The notes: generated from the letters alone by a model not told the origin. 60,603 bases of DNA, filler included, from Sandaracinaceae bacterium (GCA_947483975.1; 4 parts of 4 records of this genome joined end to end with filler, not necessarily neighbours in it); one strand, 5' to 3'. Shown: positions 26,844 through 37,394, counted from the whole stretch's first letter. Numbers and translations are program-made.

Positions 26844-27862
26844 GCGAGGCTGCCTTCCCGCTGCTCGGCGCCGCTTTCGTCGTGCTCGGCGTGCTCCCGG
26901 TCTGCGCGCTGCTCGCCAAGGGCGCGCTCTGGGCCCTCGAGCGCGAGCCGTGCGGCGGTCCTTTGCGGCGCCTCGACCTGCGGCACCTCGTGCTCGTCAG
27001 CGCGAGCGCGCTACCGCTCGCGTGGTTCCTGTCCGCGAGCCTTCATCAAGTCGAAGCCGGACGGTCGACGATCGCGTGCATCCTCGACCACGACGTCGCC
27101 GCACTGTGCTTCGAGCCGGGCTACTTCGCCGCGACGCTCGGGGTGCTGCTGATCGCCCTCTCGATGAAGAGCGTACGAGCCGCATGGGGTGCCCGTGCAT
27201 CGGGCTCGGAGCGGGCGCTGACGGTGCGACGACGCGTCGAACGAATCGTCGGTGAACGCTCGTCCCTGCGCGAGCTCGCGGGGCGCGTGGCGGTAACGGA
27301 AGCTCCTGCCTTCGCGCTCGGCACTCAAGGATTCCTTCGACCGCGGGTCATCGTCGGCCTGTCCTATGCCGACCAGCTCGACGACGAGACCCTCGCCAGC
27401 GCGCTCGGGCACGAGGCAGAGCACGCGCGTACGCACGACCCCCTACGCTACCTGGCGCTCTCACTTGCCCTCGCGATGAACCCACTCGGCCGGTGGCTGC
27501 TCGAACCCCATGCACGACGTTGGTTCGCGGCACGCGAGGCCTCCTGCGACCGCGAGGCCGTCCTCCGCGGCGCCGAGCCACTTTCGCTCGCGAACGCCAT
27601 CATCCGCGCCGCGCGTCCGGTGAGCGCGGAGGCGGTGGCGCTCGGAGCCCCCGACACATCGGTGCTGAAGCTGCGCGTCGACCTGCTGCTCGCGTTCTCC
27701 GAGCAGCGTCCGGAGCCTCGCAGCCCGCGTGGTCCGTCCGCGGTGTCGATTGCGGTCGTGCTGCTCTCGCTCGCGCTGATTCTCCCCCACCGCACCGGCA
27801 CCGATGCGCTCGACGCGCTGCATGTCGGCGTCGAGCGCGCGTTCACCGACGGCTCGCCCTGA
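26840..27862 (+). CDS. M56 (BlaR1-like) membrane metallopeptidase without penicillin-binding domain
   Basis: Several TM helices; 'GFLRPRVIV', HExxH 'HEAEH', 'HDPL', 'EASCD'; translationally coupled to BlaI. Confidence 0.85.
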   Translation: MSEAAFPLLGAAFVVLGVLPVCALLAKGALWALEREPCGGPLRRLDLRHLVLVSASALPLAWFLSASLHQVEAGRSTIACILDHDVAALCFEPGYFAATLGVLLIALSMKSVRAAWGARASGSERALTVRRRVERIVGERSSLRELAGRVAVTEAPAFALGTQGFLRPRVIVGLSYADQLDDETLASALGHEAEHARTHDPLRYLALSLALAMNPLGRWLLEPHARRWFAAREASCDREAVLRGAEPLSLANAIIRAARPVSAEAVALGAPDTSVLKLRVDLLLAFSEQRPEPRSPRGPSAVSIAVVLLSLALILPHRTGTDALDALHVGVERAFTDGSP

Positions 27863-27869
27863 GGACTCG

Positions 27870-29303
27870 ATGGCTCACCTGAACCGGAATCGTTTGCCTG
27901 AAACTACTACGCGCCATAGTAGGTGTTCGCCTGCGATCGCGCTCTGCGCGCTGCTCGCGGCATGCGCACACGGAGGCGCGGGCGACCAGGCGACGCTCGA
28001 AGCGCCGCCGCCGCATCTTCGAGAGGTCGCGGATTCCGCAGCTCGACCCGCGCTCGCGGGCGCGCAGTCCGAGCCTGCCCCGGCTCCAGCCACCGCCGAG
28101 GAGGTCACCTTGGGGCGCTTCCTCGACTACGCGGACCAACACTCGCCCGCCTTGATCATCGCGCGAAGCGCGCGCTCCAGGGCGGAGGCGGCGCATGTGG
28201 CAGCGTCCCCCGTCCTCCCCGCAAACCCGGAGGTCTCGCTCGCCGTTGGTGCCCGCTTGGGGTCGCCGAGCGCGGGCGTCGATGTCGACGTCGCGCTGAC
28301 GCAAGAGCTCGAGATCGCCGGGGAGCGCGGCGTGCGCTTGGACGCCGCGGACCGGCTGCGCGAGCTCACCGACGCCGAGATCGAGTCCGCTCGATGGGCC
28401 GTGCACTGCGACGTGCACGCGGCCTTCCATCGGGCGCTGCTCGAGCGGGAGCGCGAGCCGCTCGCCGAGCAAGTCGTCGCGTTTCAGGAAGGCGTGCTGC
28501 GGATCGTCGAGCGGCAGATCGCCGCGGGCGATGCCGCGCCTCTCGCGCTTCGCCTCGCGCAGGCCGAGGTCGCGCAGGCGCAGCAAATGCTCGTCAGCGC
28601 GCGCCAGGGGTATCTCGCCGCCCGCATTCGACTGGCCCAACTCGCGGGCTGGCCCACGGCGCGTCCTCCGAGTCCCATCGGCACGGTCGACCCGCCGCGC
28701 GACCCTCCGCAGCAAGCACAGCTCCTCGCCGTCGCGCAGCAGCGGCTGGCGACCTTGCGCGCAGGCGCAGCGCGGATCCGCGAGGCCAACGCGCGCGTCG
28801 AGGTGGCCGACCGTGAGGCATGGCCCCGCCCTTCAGTCGGCGTGCAGTACCGTCGTGAGGCCGGTTCGGGGAGCGACGGCGCCAGCGTCGTGACCGGCGT
28901 CGTCTCGATTCCCATTCCTCTCTTTCAGACGAATCAGGGACCGCGCGCCGAGGCCCGCGCGGACGTCGTCATGGCGGAAGCGGAGCTGGCCGCGACGCGC
29001 GCCTTGCTCGAGGGGCAGATCGCCGAGGCGCGCAGCGCGGCGGTCGCTGCTGCCCAGCGCACGCGCGCGTACGGCACGGAGATCCTGCCGCGCTTCGAGG
29101 AGAATCTCACTCTGCTCGGACGCTCCTTCGAGCTCGGCGAGATCGACCTGCTCGCGCTCTCGGCCGGCCGCGAGAGCTTCCTTCGGATTCAGAGCGACGC
29201 GCTCGACGCCGCGCTCGACTACCTCACTGCGCTCACCGAGCTCGAGCGCGTCGTGGGCGTCGATCTCTGGCGAGATGATCAGCACGAGGAGGCCACGCGA
29301 TGA
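27870..29303 (+). CDS. TolC-family (CzcC-like) outer membrane factor, lipoprotein
   Basis: Lipobox 'LLAAC'; 'NPEVSL', 'QELEIAGERG.R', 'IPIPLFQTNQG', 'SFELGEIDLL'. Confidence 0.88.
   Translation: MAHLNRNRLPETTTRHSRCSPAIALCALLAACAHGGAGDQATLEAPPPHLREVADSAARPALAGAQSEPAPAPATAEEVTLGRFLDYADQHSPALIIARSARSRAEAAHVAASPVLPANPEVSLAVGARLGSPSAGVDVDVALTQELEIAGERGVRLDAADRLRELTDAEIESARWAVHCDVHAAFHRALLEREREPLAEQVVAFQEGVLRIVERQIAAGDAAPLALRLAQAEVAQAQQMLVSARQGYLAARIRLAQLAGWPTARPPSPIGTVDPPRDPPQQAQLLAVAQQRLATLRAGAARIREANARVEVADREAWPRPSVGVQYRREAGSGSDGASVVTGVVSIPIPLFQTNQGPRAEARADVVMAEAELAATRALLEGQIAEARSAAVAAAQRTRAYGTEILPRFEENLTLLGRSFELGEIDLLALSAGRESFLRIQSDALDAALDYLTALTELERVVGVDLWRDDQHEEATR
27905..27921. promoter_or_regulatory. 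Putative BlaI-family operator 2 (TACTAC-N5-ATAGTA)
   Basis: TACTACGCGCCATAGTA with the same half-sites as operator 1, preceded by TTGCCT. Confidence 0.7.
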
Positions 29304-30300
29304 AGGCCATGCTCGAGTCGCTCCGCGCGAGGGCGGCGCTCGTCGCGCTGCTCACCGCGAGCATCGGATGCGGCGATCCTCCGCCACCGGCCGCCGCCGC
29401 GCAGCAGGCGCCGAGCGCTCCCGACGTCGTGCGGCTCTCGGCCGATGCCGTCTCGCGCAACGGCATTCGAGTCGCGGCGGTGACCAGCCGCGCGCTCGGC
29501 GACTTCATCGACGCGCCTGCCGAGGTTCAGCTCGACCCGGACCGTGTCGCACACGTCGCGCCGCTCGTCGCAGGCCAGCTCCAGCAGGTCGACGTCTCCG
29601 TCGGTGATCGCGTGCGCGCCAACGAGGCGCTGGCCGTGCTGCGCAGCGTGGACCTCGGTCAAGCGCGCGCCGAGGGCCGCCGCGCGAGCGCGATGCTCGA
29701 CGTGGCGCAGGCGAACCTCGCGCGAGAGGAACGACTTCGAACCGAGGGGATCTCGTCAGAGCGCTCGTTGCTCGAGGCGCAGCTCCGGCGAGCAGAGACT
29801 CAAGCGGATCGAGACGCAGCCCGAGCGCGGCTGCTGGTGTTCGGCCTGAGTCGAGGCGCGGGCGCCAACGTGCCGATCACCGCACCGATCGGCGGCACAA
29901 TCATCGAGCGCCATGCCACGCGCGGCGAGAACGTCGGACCGGACGACGACCTCTTCGTGATCGCGGACACGACGAAGGTGTGGGTCCTCGCGCGCGTGTA
30001 CGAGCGGGACATGGCCAACGTGCACATGGGCGCGAGCGCCCGCCTCACGGTACCAGCACAGTCCGAGCGCTCGTGGGACGGGCAGATCACCTTCATCTCG
30101 CCCGTCGTGGACGAGACGACGCGCACGCTGGCGGTACGCATCGAGCTCGACAACGACGCCGACGGGTCCTTGCGCCCGGGGCTCTTCGGGCGCTTGCGCA
30201 TCGCCGTCGGAGAGGCGCCAATCGTCCCTGCGGTCCCTGAGGATTGCGTGCAGACCCTCCGTGGCGCGCCCGTGGTCTTCGTCCCCGCGGGCGACGTGAA
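29300..30300 (+). CDS. Second CzcB-like RND adaptor, 3'-truncated at contig end
   Basis: Lipobox 'ASIGC'; 'ITAPIGGTIIER', 'LFVIADTTKVWV', 'VDETTRT', 'LRPGLF'. Confidence 0.88.
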
Positions 30301-30400
30301 NNNNNNNNNNNNNNNNNNNNNNNNNNNNNNNNNNNNNNNNNNNNTTAATTAATTAANNNNNNNNNNNNNNNNNNNNNNNNNNNNNNNNNNNNNNNNNNNN
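30301..30400. other. Artificial contig linker
   Basis: 100 nt N with TTAATTAATTAA. Confidence 0.99.
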
Positions 30401-31025
30401 CCGCCGCGACGAGCGCCTCGCAAGAGAGCCCCGCCTCGCGCGCGTCGGGCACGCACACGCGCGCGCCATCCGGCGCAGCGTCGTCGCGCGGCCTGCAGCG
30501 CCGCAGCCCAAACGGGCAGTCCGCGTCCACGCGACACTCGCTCGTGCACACCGGCCCGGCGACGTCGAACGTGAAGCACTGGTCGAAGCGCCCCGTGCAC
30601 GTCGTGCCCGCGCACGCAGAGCCTGGCGCGCTCTCGACGCACGAGCCGCTCGTCGGGCGACATTGCAGCGGCGCGCCCGCGAGCTCCTCTGCGCAAGTCG
30701 CCGCCGCGCCGAGCGCCGCGCAGTCGCCGTCAGTCGCGCACGGCACGCCGCAGCCGCGCTCTCCGCCGTCGAGCACGAGGCAGAGCGCGCCGTCGGCGCA
30801 GTCCGAGTCACGCCGGCAGATCGCGCAGAACGCAGGCGGGAGCGGCCCAGCGTCGGTGCCGAGATCGGCCTCGCCGCCGTCCTCACCGAGGTCTGCACCA
30901 CCGTCGACCATCGCCGCGGGCGCGTCGTCCCCGCACGCCGACACGCCGACACCGACCGAGAGAACGAGCACCCAGAGGTTTGCGCGTGACGTCACCGCGC
31001 GAGCGTACTCCGAACGCATCGCCAT
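30401..31025 (-). CDS. Cys-rich myxobacterial-type lipoprotein, 3'-truncated
   Basis: 'GVGVSACGDD' lipobox-like; DGG/DAG linker; repeated 'C..D.DC' disulfide modules. Confidence 0.7.
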
Positions 31026-31030
31026 CCGTG

Positions 31031-31087
31031 GCTGCGCTCTTTGCGGTCCTCCGTTGCTGCGCTCTTTGCGGTCCTCCGTTGCTGCGC
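31031..31087. repeat. 25-bp tandem repeat (2.3 copies) in divergent intergenic region
   Basis: GCTGCGCTCTTTGCGGTCCTCCGTT x2 plus GCTGCGC. Confidence 0.9.
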
Positions 31088-31119
31088 GCACGGCGCCGCT
31101 CGCGTAGCATCGCCGTCGC

Positions 31120-32151
31120 ATGAAAGACGGGCGCGCTCAGGTCTTGGTGCTGCACGCCGGCGGCACCATCGGCATGGTCCAAGGGCACGAGGGCTTCGGG
31201 CCGAGCGACGGCTTCCTCGCGACGTACCTCGCGTCGATGCCCGAGCTCACGCGCGCCGACATGCCCGAGCACACGCTCTCCGTGCTCGAGCCGCTGCTCG
31301 ACTCCGCCGACATGGCGCCCGACGACTGGGTCCGCATCGCGGGCGTGATCGCCGCGCGCTACGCGGAGTTCGATGGCTTCGTCGTCGTGCACGGCACCGA
31401 CACGATGGCGTACACGGCGTCGGCGCTGAGCTTCTTGCTCCCCGGGCTCGGCAAGCCCGTCGTGCTGACCGGCTCGCAGCTCTCGCTGACCGACCCGCGC
31501 AGCGATGGCCGCGAGCACCTCGTCACGTCGATCTTGCTCGCCGGCACGACGGGCCTCGCCGAGGTCTGCATCTACTTCGCGCAGCGCCTCTTGCGCGGAA
31601 ACCGCGCGCAAAAGGTGCACAACGACCGCTTCGCCGCGTTCGACAGCGGCAATTTCCCGGCGCTCGCGCACGCGGGCACCGTCATCGAGGTGCGGCACTC
31701 GCTCGCCATTCCGCCGGGCACGGGGCTCCTCCAGCGCGTCGAGCTGCCGCATCGCCCGGAGGTCGCGGCGCTGCGCATCTTCCCGGGCATTCGCGCGGGC
31801 TTGATCGAGAAGGTGATCGAGGCGCCGCTCGAGGGGCTCGTGCTCGAGACCTACGGCGCGGGCAACGCGCCCGGGCGCGACGCGGCGTTCCTCGGGGCGC
31901 TCGAGCGCGCGACGAAGCGCGGGGTCGTCGTCGTCAACTGCTCTCAGTGTCACGGCGGGCGAGTGCGGCAGGGGCTCTATCAGACGAGCAGCGCGCTCGC
32001 GCGGGTCGGCGTGATCAGCGGGCACGATATGACGCCGGAGGCGGCGCTGACGAAGCTCTACTGCCTGCTCGCGAGCGGGCTCGATGTGCGCACGGTGCGC
32101 GCGCAGATGGAGCAAGACCTCGCTGGTGAGCTCACGCCGCTGCGCCGCTGA
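31120..32151 (+). CDS. ansA: L-asparaginase type I
   Basis: 'GGTIGM', 'HGTDTMAYTAS', 'TGSQ', 'ETYGAGNAP', 'DMTPEAALTKL'. Confidence 0.93.
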   Translation: MKDGRAQVLVLHAGGTIGMVQGHEGFGPSDGFLATYLASMPELTRADMPEHTLSVLEPLLDSADMAPDDWVRIAGVIAARYAEFDGFVVVHGTDTMAYTASALSFLLPGLGKPVVLTGSQLSLTDPRSDGREHLVTSILLAGTTGLAEVCIYFAQRLLRGNRAQKVHNDRFAAFDSGNFPALAHAGTVIEVRHSLAIPPGTGLLQRVELPHRPEVAALRIFPGIRAGLIEKVIEAPLEGLVLETYGAGNAPGRDAAFLGALERATKRGVVVVNCSQCHGGRVRQGLYQTSSALARVGVISGHDMTPEAALTKLYCLLASGLDVRTVRAQMEQDLAGELTPLRR

Positions 32152-32189
32152 GCGCGTCGCCGGGCAGGGCAGGGCAGGGTGCGCGAGGA

Positions 32190-32456
32190 TCAGCGCGGAA
32201 CGTTCGCGCGCAGCGGTCCGGCGTCCGGCACGCCGCCGTCCGTCGTCAGCCGATCGATCTCGCCGAGCACGTGCGCCTCGAGCGTGTGGGCCGTCGTCGC
32301 CGCGTCGCGCCCGAGCTCCTGCGCGGGCTCCGTCGCGGCGATGCGCATCGTGTGCTCGAAGAGCGTGCGCTGCCCGACGGGCACGAAGAAGTACACGTAG
32401 CCGACGCACGCGAGGCAGACCGTGCCGATCACGCTTTCGACGAGACGCCGGATCAT
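32190..32456 (-). CDS. Small hypothetical membrane protein (88 aa)
   Basis: N-terminal TM 'VYFFVPVGQRTLFEH'; fills the gap between two plus-strand genes. Confidence 0.6.
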   Translation of the reverse strand: MIRRLVESVIGTVCLACVGYVYFFVPVGQRTLFEHTMRIAATEPAQELGRDAATTAHTLEAHVLGEIDRLTTDGGVPDAGPLRANVPR

Positions 32457-32542
32457 CGTGGGCGCAGTTTCGCACGCGCGGCGCTCACGCCGAAGAAACG
32501 CGCAGCCGGTCCGCGGGGCGCCCCTGCTACGCTCGCGGGTCC

Positions 32543-33565
32543 ATGCCTTCCCCCGCGCGTGCCGTGCTCGATCCGCGCCTGCGCGCCGTCGTCGTCGCTC
32601 GTCAGCCGCTCTTTTACTCGGACGGCGCAGATGTGGCGACGGATCGCCCGGCGCACGTGCGCGCAGGCTCGGCGCTCGTGCGGGTCGGCGCGCGCCTCGT
32701 CGTGGTGCAGGACGACGCGGCGTTCCTCGCCGTGCTCGAGGAGGACGGCACCGTGCGCGCCGTGCCGCTTCCGTACGCGCCGGGCGGCGTGCGGCAGTTC
32801 GACGAGGGGCGCGGCAACAAGGCGCAGAAGCTCGACCTCGAGGCGTGCACGACGCTCCCCGATGGTCGCCTGCTCGCGCTCGGCTCGGGCTCGAGCGAGG
32901 TGCGCGATCGCGCGGTGCTCGCGGACCTCCGCGGGGCCTCGGACGGTCTCCCTACGCTGCGCCTCGTGCGCCTGCAGGCGCTCTACGCGGCGCTCCACGC
33001 GCGGCACGACCTCAGCGGCAGTCGGCTGAACCTCGAGGGCGCCGCGGTGCTGCCGACGCTCGGCGTGCTGCGCCTCTTTCAGCGCGGAAACGGTGAGCCG
33101 CGCGGCGGATTCCTGCCGCTCGACGCGACCTGCGACCTGCCCCTCGACGCGCTCCTCCGCTACCTCGACGCGCCGGAGACCGTTGCACCTCCAACGATCA
33201 CCGACGTCGTCCGCTGGGACCTCGGCGCCCTCGGCGACACGCGGCTGACCTTCACCGACGCCTGCGCGGCGCACGAGCGGCTCTTCTTCCTGGCCGCCGC
33301 GGAGGCGTCGCCGAGCGCCATCGACGATGGCCCGGTGGCGGGCGTCGTGCTCGGCGTGATGGCGAGCCTGAGCGCGCAGACCAGCGCGCGCGTCGCGCCG
33401 CTCGTCGACGAGCGCGGGGAGCCCTTCCGCGCCAAGGCCGAGGGGCTCGCGTTCGACCTCGACGACCCGACGCGGGCGCTCGTCGTGCTCGACGTCGATG
33501 ACGCCGCGCGGCCGACGGAGCTCTGCACGCTGCGCCTCGATGGCCCTTGGCGCGAGCCCGCCTGA
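32543..33565 (+). CDS. Conserved hypothetical beta-propeller-like protein (DUF6929/DUF6910-like)
   Basis: 'VVQDD', 'KAQKLDLEA', 'LGSGS', 'LNLEGA', 'FQRGNG', 'KAEGL'. Confidence 0.65.
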   Translation: MPSPARAVLDPRLRAVVVARQPLFYSDGADVATDRPAHVRAGSALVRVGARLVVVQDDAAFLAVLEEDGTVRAVPLPYAPGGVRQFDEGRGNKAQKLDLEACTTLPDGRLLALGSGSSEVRDRAVLADLRGASDGLPTLRLVRLQALYAALHARHDLSGSRLNLEGAAVLPTLGVLRLFQRGNGEPRGGFLPLDATCDLPLDALLRYLDAPETVAPPTITDVVRWDLGALGDTRLTFTDACAAHERLFFLAAAEASPSAIDDGPVAGVVLGVMASLSAQTSARVAPLVDERGEPFRAKAEGLAFDLDDPTRALVVLDVDDAARPTELCTLRLDGPWREPA

Positions 33566-33652
33566 GCGCGACCTGAACGTCGACTCGCGTCGCCCGTCGT
33601 GCGAGGAGCCCGCGCGTGAGCCCGTGCGGGCGAGCGGGCTTTCGTCGCCGAC

Positions 33653-35254
33653 CTAGGCGCGCCCGACCGCCTCCACGAGGCTGCGCACGGCGTCGATCGT
33701 GAACGGCTTGTCGAGGCACGGGCAGCCCGCGCGCTCGATCTTGAGGCGGGTGCGCTCGTCGAGGACTCCGCCCGTCATGAACGCCAGCCGCCGCGCTCGC
33801 TCGTCGGCGCGCGCCTCGAGCCACGCGAGCACATCGACGCCGCTGCCGTCCGGCATGGACAGGTCCGCGAGGATGACGTCGAACGGGGCGCTCTCGAGGT
33901 GCGCGAGGGCCTCCCGCACGCCGCCAGCGACCGTCACCTCGTGGTCGAGGTCGAGCACGTTCACGAGCGCCTCGCAGATGGCGGGTTCGTCGTCGACGAC
34001 CAGCACGCGGAGGCGGCGCGGGGCTTCGACCGACGCAGCCTCGAGCGGCACGTCGAGCGGCGGTGCCGGGCGCGCGGCCGGCTGCAGCAACACGCGGAAC
34101 GTCGCGCCGCGCTCGGGCTCGCTCATCACGGAGAGCTCGCCGCCCATGCCGCTGACGATCGTGTGGCAGACCCAGAGGCCGAGGCCGGTGCCCTCGCCGC
34201 CGAGCTTCGTCGTGAAGAATGGCGCGAAGACGCGCGCCAGGTTCTCCGGCGCGATGCCGTTGCCGGTGTCGCTCACCTCGAGGCAGACCCGCCCGTCCCC
34301 CGCGAGCGACGTCGTCACCGTGATCGTGTGCGCGTCCGGGCTGCCCTCCGGCGTCGCCTGCATCGCGTTGAGCAGCAAGTTCAGCAGCACCTGCCCGAGC
34401 CGCGTGTCGCTGGCGTGCGCCCGCGGCAAAGCCCCGAGCGCTTGCACGAGGTGGGCGCGCTTGCCGAGCTCGTTGCGCACGAGCGAGCACGTCGACGTGA
34501 CGACCGCGTTCGTGTCCGTGGGCCCGAGCTCCGCCTCGTCGCCGCGCGTGAACGTCCGCAGATCGCGCACGATCGTGCGCACTCGACCGAGCCCCTCCTG
34601 CACGTTGGCGAGGTGCTCGCGCGCCTCCGTGACGACGGGCGCGCACTCGCCGCAGCGCGCGGGCGCCTCGAGCCCCTCGCGGAGGAGCGCGAGGTGCAGC
34701 GACACATACGAGAGCGGATTGTTGATCTCGTGCGCGACGCCCGCCGCGAGCGTGCCGACGGCGCTCAGGCGATCCGCGAGCGCGAGCCGCGCCTCGAGCT
34801 CCCGCAGCGTGCCCTCGATGCGTCGCTGCTCGGAGGTGTCGCGCGCCACGACGAAGGTCTCGCTCGTCTCGGGATAGTAGGTGCTGTGCGCCTCGACCTC
34901 GACGACCTCACCGTTCGCTCGGCGGAGATGCAGGCGGATCGGCGGCAGGCGGGCGAGCGTCGCGCGCTCGAGCCGCATGCGCTCGATGACGATCGAGTGA
35001 TCCCGCTCGGCGACCATCGCGAACACCGAAGCGCCGATGACCTCGTCCTCGGAGGTCAGCCCCGCGAGCGCGAGCGCTGCCCGGTTGGCGAACGCGATGC
35101 GCCCCTCGTCGCCGCAGTGGATGACCACGGGATCGGGGATGCGCTCGAGCGCTTGTCGCGCGGTGCCGTCGAGCGCAGCGATCGCCGCCGCCGTCGCTTC
35201 AGCGATCGGCGCAGGCTCTGCGTCGCCACGCGACTCCCTGTCGTGAAGATTCAC
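33653..35254 (-). CDS. PAS-domain hybrid sensor histidine kinase/receiver
   Basis: PAS region; H-box 'AAGVAHEINNPL'; 'QVLLNLLLNA', 'PFFTTK..GEGTGLGL'; receiver 'VLVVDDE...DLSMP...KPF'. Confidence 0.93.
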   Translation of the reverse strand: MNLHDRESRGDAEPAPIAEATAAAIAALDGTARQALERIPDPVVIHCGDEGRIAFANRAALALAGLTSEDEVIGASVFAMVAERDHSIVIERMRLERATLARLPPIRLHLRRANGEVVEVEAHSTYYPETSETFVVARDTSEQRRIEGTLRELEARLALADRLSAVGTLAAGVAHEINNPLSYVSLHLALLREGLEAPARCGECAPVVTEAREHLANVQEGLGRVRTIVRDLRTFTRGDEAELGPTDTNAVVTSTCSLVRNELGKRAHLVQALGALPRAHASDTRLGQVLLNLLLNAMQATPEGSPDAHTITVTTSLAGDGRVCLEVSDTGNGIAPENLARVFAPFFTTKLGGEGTGLGLWVCHTIVSGMGGELSVMSEPERGATFRVLLQPAARPAPPLDVPLEAASVEAPRRLRVLVVDDEPAICEALVNVLDLDHEVTVAGGVREALAHLESAPFDVILADLSMPDGSGVDVLAWLEARADERARRLAFMTGGVLDERTRLKIERAGCPCLDKPFTIDAVRSLVEAVGRA

Positions 35255-35345
35255 CCGGCTCCCCGAGGGACACCGTACGGTGGCTCGGGCGATTCCTCAA
35301 CTGTGCTGTTTCGCCGACGCAGCGAAGCGTGTGAAAGTCCCGCCC

Positions 35346-37394
35346 ATGGACCTCGTGACCCTCCCCGAGCCGCTCCGCCGGCGCTGCGTAGACACCCTCC
35401 GTATGCTCGCCGCCGACCAGGTCGAGAAGGCGAAATCGGGGCATCCCGGCACGCCGATGGGCGCGGCGGACCTCGCCTTCGTCCTCTGGACGGAAGTGCT
35501 GCGCCACGACGCGAGCGCGCCCGGCTGGCAGAACCGCGACCGCTTCGTGCTGTCAGGCGGGCACGCGAGCGCGCTCCTCTACTCGCTCCTGCACCTGCAC
35601 GGCTACGACCTGCCGCTCGACGAGCTCAAGCAGTTCCGTCAGTGGGGCAGCAAGACGCCGGGGCACCCGGAGTTCGGGCACACGGTCGGCGTCGAGGCGA
35701 CGACGGGACCGCTCGGCGCGGGCTTCTCGAACGCGGTCGGCATGGCCCTCGCGAGCAAGATGCTCGCCGCGCGCTTCAACGACTCCGATCACGCCGTGAT
35801 CGACGCGCACGTCTACGGGCTCTGCGGGGACGGCGACATGGAGGAGGGCGTCACGGCAGAGGCCGCGTCGCTCGCGGGGCACCTCGGGCTCGGCAACCTC
35901 GTCTTCGTCTACGACGCGAACGACATCACGATCGAGGGGCACCTCGAGCTCTCGATGACCGAGGACGTCGGGCGCCGCTTCGAGGCGTACGGCTGGCAGG
36001 TGCAGCACATCGACGGGCACGATCACGTGCAGATCCGCGCGGCGCTCGCGACCGCCCGCGCCCAGACGAAGCGGCCGTCCCTGATCATCGCCAAGACGAC
36101 GATCGGCTTCGGCGCGCCGACGAAGGCGGGCACGCACGACGTGCACGGCGCCCCGCTCGGCGCCGACGAGATGAAGCGCGTCCGCGCGGCGTTCGGCTGG
36201 CCCGACGAGACCTTCCACATCCCGGACGAGGTGCGCCCGGTGTTCGCCGCGGTCGCCGAGCGCAACCGCAAGGCCCGCGAGTCTTGGGACAAGAGCTTCG
36301 CCGCCTGGCGCGCAGCCCGCCCGGAGCTCGCCGCGCTCTGGGACACGCACTGGGCGCGCAAGGCGCCGAGCGATCTCCCCGAGCAGCTCGTCGCGGCCGT
36401 CGGCACCGACGCCGCCGCGACGCGCGCGCTCTCCGGCAAGGTCATTCAGAAGGCCGCGGCGCTCTTGCCGTGGATGATCGGCGGCTCGGCGGATCTCGAG
36501 CCCTCGAACAACACCGGCATCAAGGGCGTGCCCTTCGTCGCGCCCGCGTCGATCGCGTCCGATGTGCTGCCGGATGCGTCTTTTGCAGGGAAAAACCTGC
36601 ACTTCGGCATCCGCGAGCACGCGATGGGCGGCGTCGCGAACGGGCTCGCCTACTTCGGCGGCTTCGTCCCCTTCTGCGCGACCTTCCTGGTCTTCAGCGA
36701 TTACATGCGCGCGCCGGTGCGCCTCGCCGCGCTGTCGAAGCTGCCGACGATCTTCGTCTTCACGCACGACAGCTTCTGGGTCGGCGAGGACGGCCCGACG
36801 CACGAGCCGATCGAGCACGTCGAGTCGCTGCGTCTGATCCCGCAGCTCGACGTCTGGCGCCCCGCGGATGGGCTCGAGACCGCGATGGTCTGGGCGTGGT
36901 CGCTGGCGCGCCCCGAGGGCGAGCACCCGTCCACGATGATGCTCTCGCGGCACAAGCTGCCCGTGCTCCCGCGGCCGGCGGGCTTCGCGATTCGCGACGT
37001 CTGGCGCGGCGGCTACACCGTCGTCGAGGCGGAGGGCACGCCCGAGGTCGTGCTCGTCGCGACGGGCAGCGAGGTCGGCATCGCCGTCGAGGCGCACGCG
37101 GAGCTCGTGAAGTCGGGCGTCCGCGCGCGCGTCGTCAGCATGCCGTGTCGAGAGCGCTTCGAGGCGCAGGACGCCGCGTACCGCGCCGCCGTCGTGCCGG
37201 AGGACGACGCGACGACCATCGTCGTCGTCGAGGCAGGGCGCACGAACGGCTGGTGGAAGCTCGTCGGACGCCGCGGGCTGGTGCTCGGCGTCGACCGCTT
37301 CGGCGCGAGCGCGCCGGGCGAGGTGATCGCGGAGAAGTTCGGCTTCCACAAGGCGGCGGTCACCGCGCGCGTGCTCGCGCACCTCGGGCGCTGA
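35346..37394 (+). CDS. tkt: Transketolase
   Basis: 'KSGHPG', 'NRDRFVLSGGH', 'TPGHPE', 'GDGDMEEG', 'FGIREHAM', 'GEDGPTHEP'. Confidence 0.98.
   Translation: MDLVTLPEPLRRRCVDTLRMLAADQVEKAKSGHPGTPMGAADLAFVLWTEVLRHDASAPGWQNRDRFVLSGGHASALLYSLLHLHGYDLPLDELKQFRQWGSKTPGHPEFGHTVGVEATTGPLGAGFSNAVGMALASKMLAARFNDSDHAVIDAHVYGLCGDGDMEEGVTAEAASLAGHLGLGNLVFVYDANDITIEGHLELSMTEDVGRRFEAYGWQVQHIDGHDHVQIRAALATARAQTKRPSLIIAKTTIGFGAPTKAGTHDVHGAPLGADEMKRVRAAFGWPDETFHIPDEVRPVFAAVAERNRKARESWDKSFAAWRAARPELAALWDTHWARKAPSDLPEQLVAAVGTDAAATRALSGKVIQKAAALLPWMIGGSADLEPSNNTGIKGVPFVAPASIASDVLPDASFAGKNLHFGIREHAMGGVANGLAYFGGFVPFCATFLVFSDYMRAPVRLAALSKLPTIFVFTHDSFWVGEDGPTHEPIEHVESLRLIPQLDVWRPADGLETAMVWAWSLARPEGEHPSTMMLSRHKLPVLPRPAGFAIRDVWRGGYTVVEAEGTPEVVLVATGSEVGIAVEAHAELVKSGVRARVVSMPCRERFEAQDAAYRAAVVPEDDATTIVVVEAGRTNGWWKLVGRRGLVLGVDRFGASAPGEVIAEKFGFHKAAVTARVLAHLGR

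Noticed and set aside
26427..27862. Beta-lactam resistance regulon (blaI/blaR1)
   Set aside because: No penicillin-binding sensor domain or beta-lactamase; context is metal efflux
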